A program made the position numbers and the translations under genes. The notes below the pieces were generated by a model. The model worked only from the letters and a program-made list of their open reading frames with translations. It ran no database searches and was not told the origin of the DNA. 64,000 bases of DNA from the NCBI GenBank assembly GCA_965153285.1, contig OZ229117.1; one strand, written 5' to 3'. Source of the DNA: Podarcis tiliguerta (taxonomy: Eukaryota). Shown here piece after piece: positions 60,202-64,000 of this stretch; the stretch's first letter is position 1, and each line of letters begins with the position of its first letter.

Positions 60202-63200
60202 CATTTTGTATATGGTCACCCTTGCGACGTTCCTTCCGGGCGGCTCTTAAGTTGACACCTCTTGGGCACCCAAGCTAAAAGCTCCCTCCGGGGCCTCCGA
60301 ATCCACGATGATGTGGCACAGCGATCTCTGTGGCCAGAATTTAAACGCTGCCAGCTTCGGTGGCTACAGGAGAAATCCAGCTTGCTCTCCATGATCGGCC
60401 TTCACTTGATACCTTCTGCAGGATCGATCGGCAACTTCTGGCTGCACCGACAGCCAATCCCTTCCGTTTTCTCTTTCTGCACAGAGTGTCATAGGCTCCA
60501 GTGACATCCATTTGCTCCTGGGGCTGGTAGGGGGAAGGGGTGGGAATGACAGTTCCATGTGATGCCGAACCTGGAAGACCTGGAACAAAAGTTTGCAAAC
60601 AGCAGAAGCTCTGGGTGGGGAGCGGCGGCCTGTAGCAGTTTTGTGTGCCTGGCTCTAGTTCAGCCTGTGTGGAGGCTTTGTAACTGGCGAAGCTTGAAGC
60701 GCCTGCTGCCATCTCATCCCCTGCCCCCCTGGCAGTGGTCTTATGACTTCACGTCTTAGGGGACCAAGCAGGCAAGAGGGACCTGCTTGTATACATGTCA
60801 ATGTTAATGTTTTGCTTCCGTTGTTCTGGCAAGCCCTCTTATTTTTATTTAAAGGTTTTCTCCTCTCTCCCTGTGCTAAGCTTTAGGAATTAAACTTGAC
60901 CCCTGGAAGTCCCGCCTTCCAGCCCCACAGAATTTCCAGCATCCATCAACACAGGAAGTAGTTCAGTCACACTAGGGCAGTGTTATGGTCCAGCTGAGAG
61001 GCCCGTTTTTGAGGCACAGGAGGAGTGTAACAAATGTTTTACAACAGGGGTAGCTGCCTTCCAGCTTTGGTTAGACTCCAGCTCTTATCAGCCCCAGGCA
61101 GCAAAGCCAATGGAGAGAGATGTTGAGTCCAGCATCATTCAGAGGGCACCACACTGGCAACCTTAAAGAAGTGGTGGTGTTCTAGGGTTGGGGTTGTCCT
61201 TTTCAAAAGGCCGTTTAACCGCACGGCTACTGAGTGGGATGCACTGTAGGCCTTCCACCTCAAGCATGGCAATTGTGTTTTTTGTCGGGCTGCCTGTATC
61301 TGAGCTGGCCTCAACCATTTCAAGCCAGTGTTGTGCCTTTCACACTCCAAAACGAACCCTGAGAAACTTGTCGTTTGGAGGGGTTACCAGGAATGCTTTG
61401 ACAGCAACCGTAGCCCAGTCCTGTGCCCTCCAGGTGGTGTTGGACCGCAACTGCTGTTGGCAAAGTTTCCTTTCACGAAATTACAGTCTCCTGCATTGAT
61501 TCATTGGATTAAGAGTCATGAATGTTAATGCCAATTGAAGCAGATATTATCCCTCCCCTCCCCATGCTTTCATAGTGCAAACAGACTTAAGAAGAGCCTA
61601 GCTGCTGGATCAGGCCAAAGGGGCCCCACCTAGTCCAGCATCGTGTTCTCACTGTGGCTAGCCAGATGCCCCAATGGGAAGCCTGCAAGTGGGACCTGGG
61701 TGCAACAGCACTGCTGCTCTCGCCCCTCTTGCGCTTCCCAGCAACTGGTATTCAGAGGCATATACTGCCTCCAACAGTGGAGGGCGAACATAGCCACCCC
61801 CTCTTCTTACAATGGCCAGTCAGATGCCCACGTGGGGAGCCCACAAGCACAGTTGTCCTGTTCGTGATCCCAGCAGTTTGTGCTATCCAAGAGGCATATT
61901 AAGCCAGAAGGGGAGTCGTGCAAATGTTTTGCTGAGAATCTGTATTTTCTTAGCTAAACCAGCAGGCAAAGGGGGGGGGGGCGGGCAACAATCGAGTCCT
62001 TCCATGGGAAACCAAAAGGAAGAATGTATTACTTCTCATGGATGAGACTTACTTTATGGTTTTGGCCCACCATAAAGAGGAATAGAATGCCTGCCTTTTT
62101 ATGGTGGCATTTACAATGTCCAAGACACAATGTACCAGTATCAGTGCTGCTAAAGCTGCAGGTTTTGCTGTTGGTTACCCACTTTGTGCAAGGGGACCTT
62201 TTAGAGGAGGACCAAGCATTTAGCGTAATTAATGATATGCATATAATTCTCTAGCCGTCAGTTAACTGTTTTTAATAATGATGTCATCCTAATCCTGGAG
62301 ATCATGAGTTAGGGGACCCTGTTTTTGGATCGCAGAAATCTCCCCTCCCCCCAGGTGTCACCTAATTAAAATCTGTATTAATTGGTTGATCAAATTAGTT
62401 TGAAGCAATTAAATGAGTTTGCATATGATCATCTTATTGTTTTGAAGATGTGGGAGGCTTGTGGCCCTTCAGAGGTCAGGCTTCCAACTCCCACCAGCAG
62501 CTAGCAAGGCCCAGGGGTTCAGGAGTGAAGGGAGTCCTAGACCAGCAATGCTGGAAGGGCCGCAGGTTAGCCTCTTCTGCTTTAAGTGGTACATGTATAT
62601 GTCAAAACAGGCACCATATTTGTGGGAGAGTGAAGGGAGCATAGATGCTGCCTCTTGTGGGGCCACATTCACACCATATGTTTAAAATACCATGATACCA
62701 CTTTAAGCAGCTGTGGCTTCTGCCAAAGAATTCTGGGAGCTGCAGTTTGTTGCGGGTGCTGAGAGTTGTTAAGAGACCCCTCTCCCAGAGCTGTGTAAAG
62801 AGGGGTCGAGTATTTATCCACTCTGAGAATCAGTGGCAAGCCTACATTTTGGGGCCCCTGAAGCTTGACCTGTTATGGGGGCCCCTTCGCAACCAGCAAT
62901 AAAGTCTGGGTAGCCCCTGTTATCTTCTTCAATGGAGTTATTCCATGACAGATCACCACACCGTTTCAACATCTGTGCTCCTGACTCTCAAACTTTGGGA
63001 TTGTTAAAATATATACAACAACAAAAATAATCAAATGAGTTGTTTGACTGAAGCAACATGGACCGAAGTTGCTTCTGGGGCTCCTCCATGATGAGGAGCC
63101 CTGAAGCTTAAGCTTCATTTGTTTCATAGTAGATCTCCTTTGAGGGCAATCATGGTCTCCTAACAACTCTCAACACCTTTAACAAACAAGCTTAGAGCTC

Positions 63201-64000
63201 CCAGAATTCTTTGGGGTCAGCTACCTCTTGTGGCCCAAAGTAGAGTGACCAAGATTTGTGTATTGTCAGAAGTGTTAGGCATATTTGTGTCTATCTTTTT
63301 TGAGAGTTGGGTTCTGTGGGAAAAGTGCCTAACAAACCCCAATTCTTAGCAGTTAAGAACACCCCACCCTGTCAACACAGAAGTTGGCCTTAACTTCCCT
63401 ATTGTTCTCTTTTCAGACATGTACCAGAATAATGCAGTTGCTGTTTGCTGTTAACATGTATGTGTTGTTGAAATGTGGCAACTGTTCTTTCCAAGTAGGC
63501 AAAGTAGTTTTTTAAAGCAGAACAGGCAGACAATTGAGGGTTGACTGTCGTCTGTTGTGGTGCCAAGAATGGCAGGCAAATAACTGGAGGGCTCAGAATA
63601 TTACCAAGGGATACATTTCTAAGTCTTCATGACTGCTGTGAATGGCTTTTAGAGCTCTATGAGTGGCTGTGTACCAAACACGTCGTGTGTCTTCAGAGCT
63701 TTGTGCTGCAAAACTGCTTGCATTCCCCGCCCCCAAAATACGATCTATAAGGAAGTAAGTTGACACTGAAGTTACTTTTTATGAATAGGGCAAGTCATGT
63801 ACTGTACAAGATATGAAGGGCCCTGTGGTTGATCACCCTTTTTGGAGAGCAGGTCACCTTTTTACAGTGTTTATTGTGACCCGTGGCATGTTTATCGTAA
63901 GTATATATTGGATGAATGCTGCTAACTACTGGGGCAAGAGCCTAATACAAGCACCTCGTTGAAAAGTTGGTTTTGAGAGCAAACCAAGAATGCAGGGGAG

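Noticed and set aside
1-64000. CRISPR arrays, operons, rRNA, or novel genes among the many 60-200 aa ORFs
   Set aside because: Eukaryotic intron-rich DNA. The 31-bp-period array has no unique spacers, and the short ORFs fall in repeats or microsatellites or show no recognisable homology.

Overview
Vertebrate genomic DNA from a squamate, most likely a lacertid lizard (inferred from Sauria SINEs, a Squam3-type SINE with a (CTT)n tail, and squamate CR1/L2/hAT/Tigger-like repeats). Two + strand protein-coding genes lie in tandem. The first is the last five coding exons of mitochondrial carbonic anhydrase V (806-5550), in the CA5A syntenic position but CA5B-like in sequence. The second is the complete 10-exon SLC7A5/LAT1 gene (CDS 14054-59372; 1596 nt, 531 aa, all introns GT-AG) with a CpG-island promoter. 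The rest is intron or intergenic DNA dense in SINEs, LINE fragments, MITEs and microsatellites. I found no new gene system. The most unusual signals are regulatory or structural: a mirror-image E-box/RFX X-box module in intron 1, a perfect Maf element near clustered ATF4 (CARE) sites, a CTCF consensus between the genes, two dispersed duplications that share the same chimeric TE junction, inverted young SINE/MITE pairs bracketing internal exons, and a poly-C splice acceptor at exon 3. Exon coordinates were read base by base; repeat boundaries and family names are approximate and from recall.
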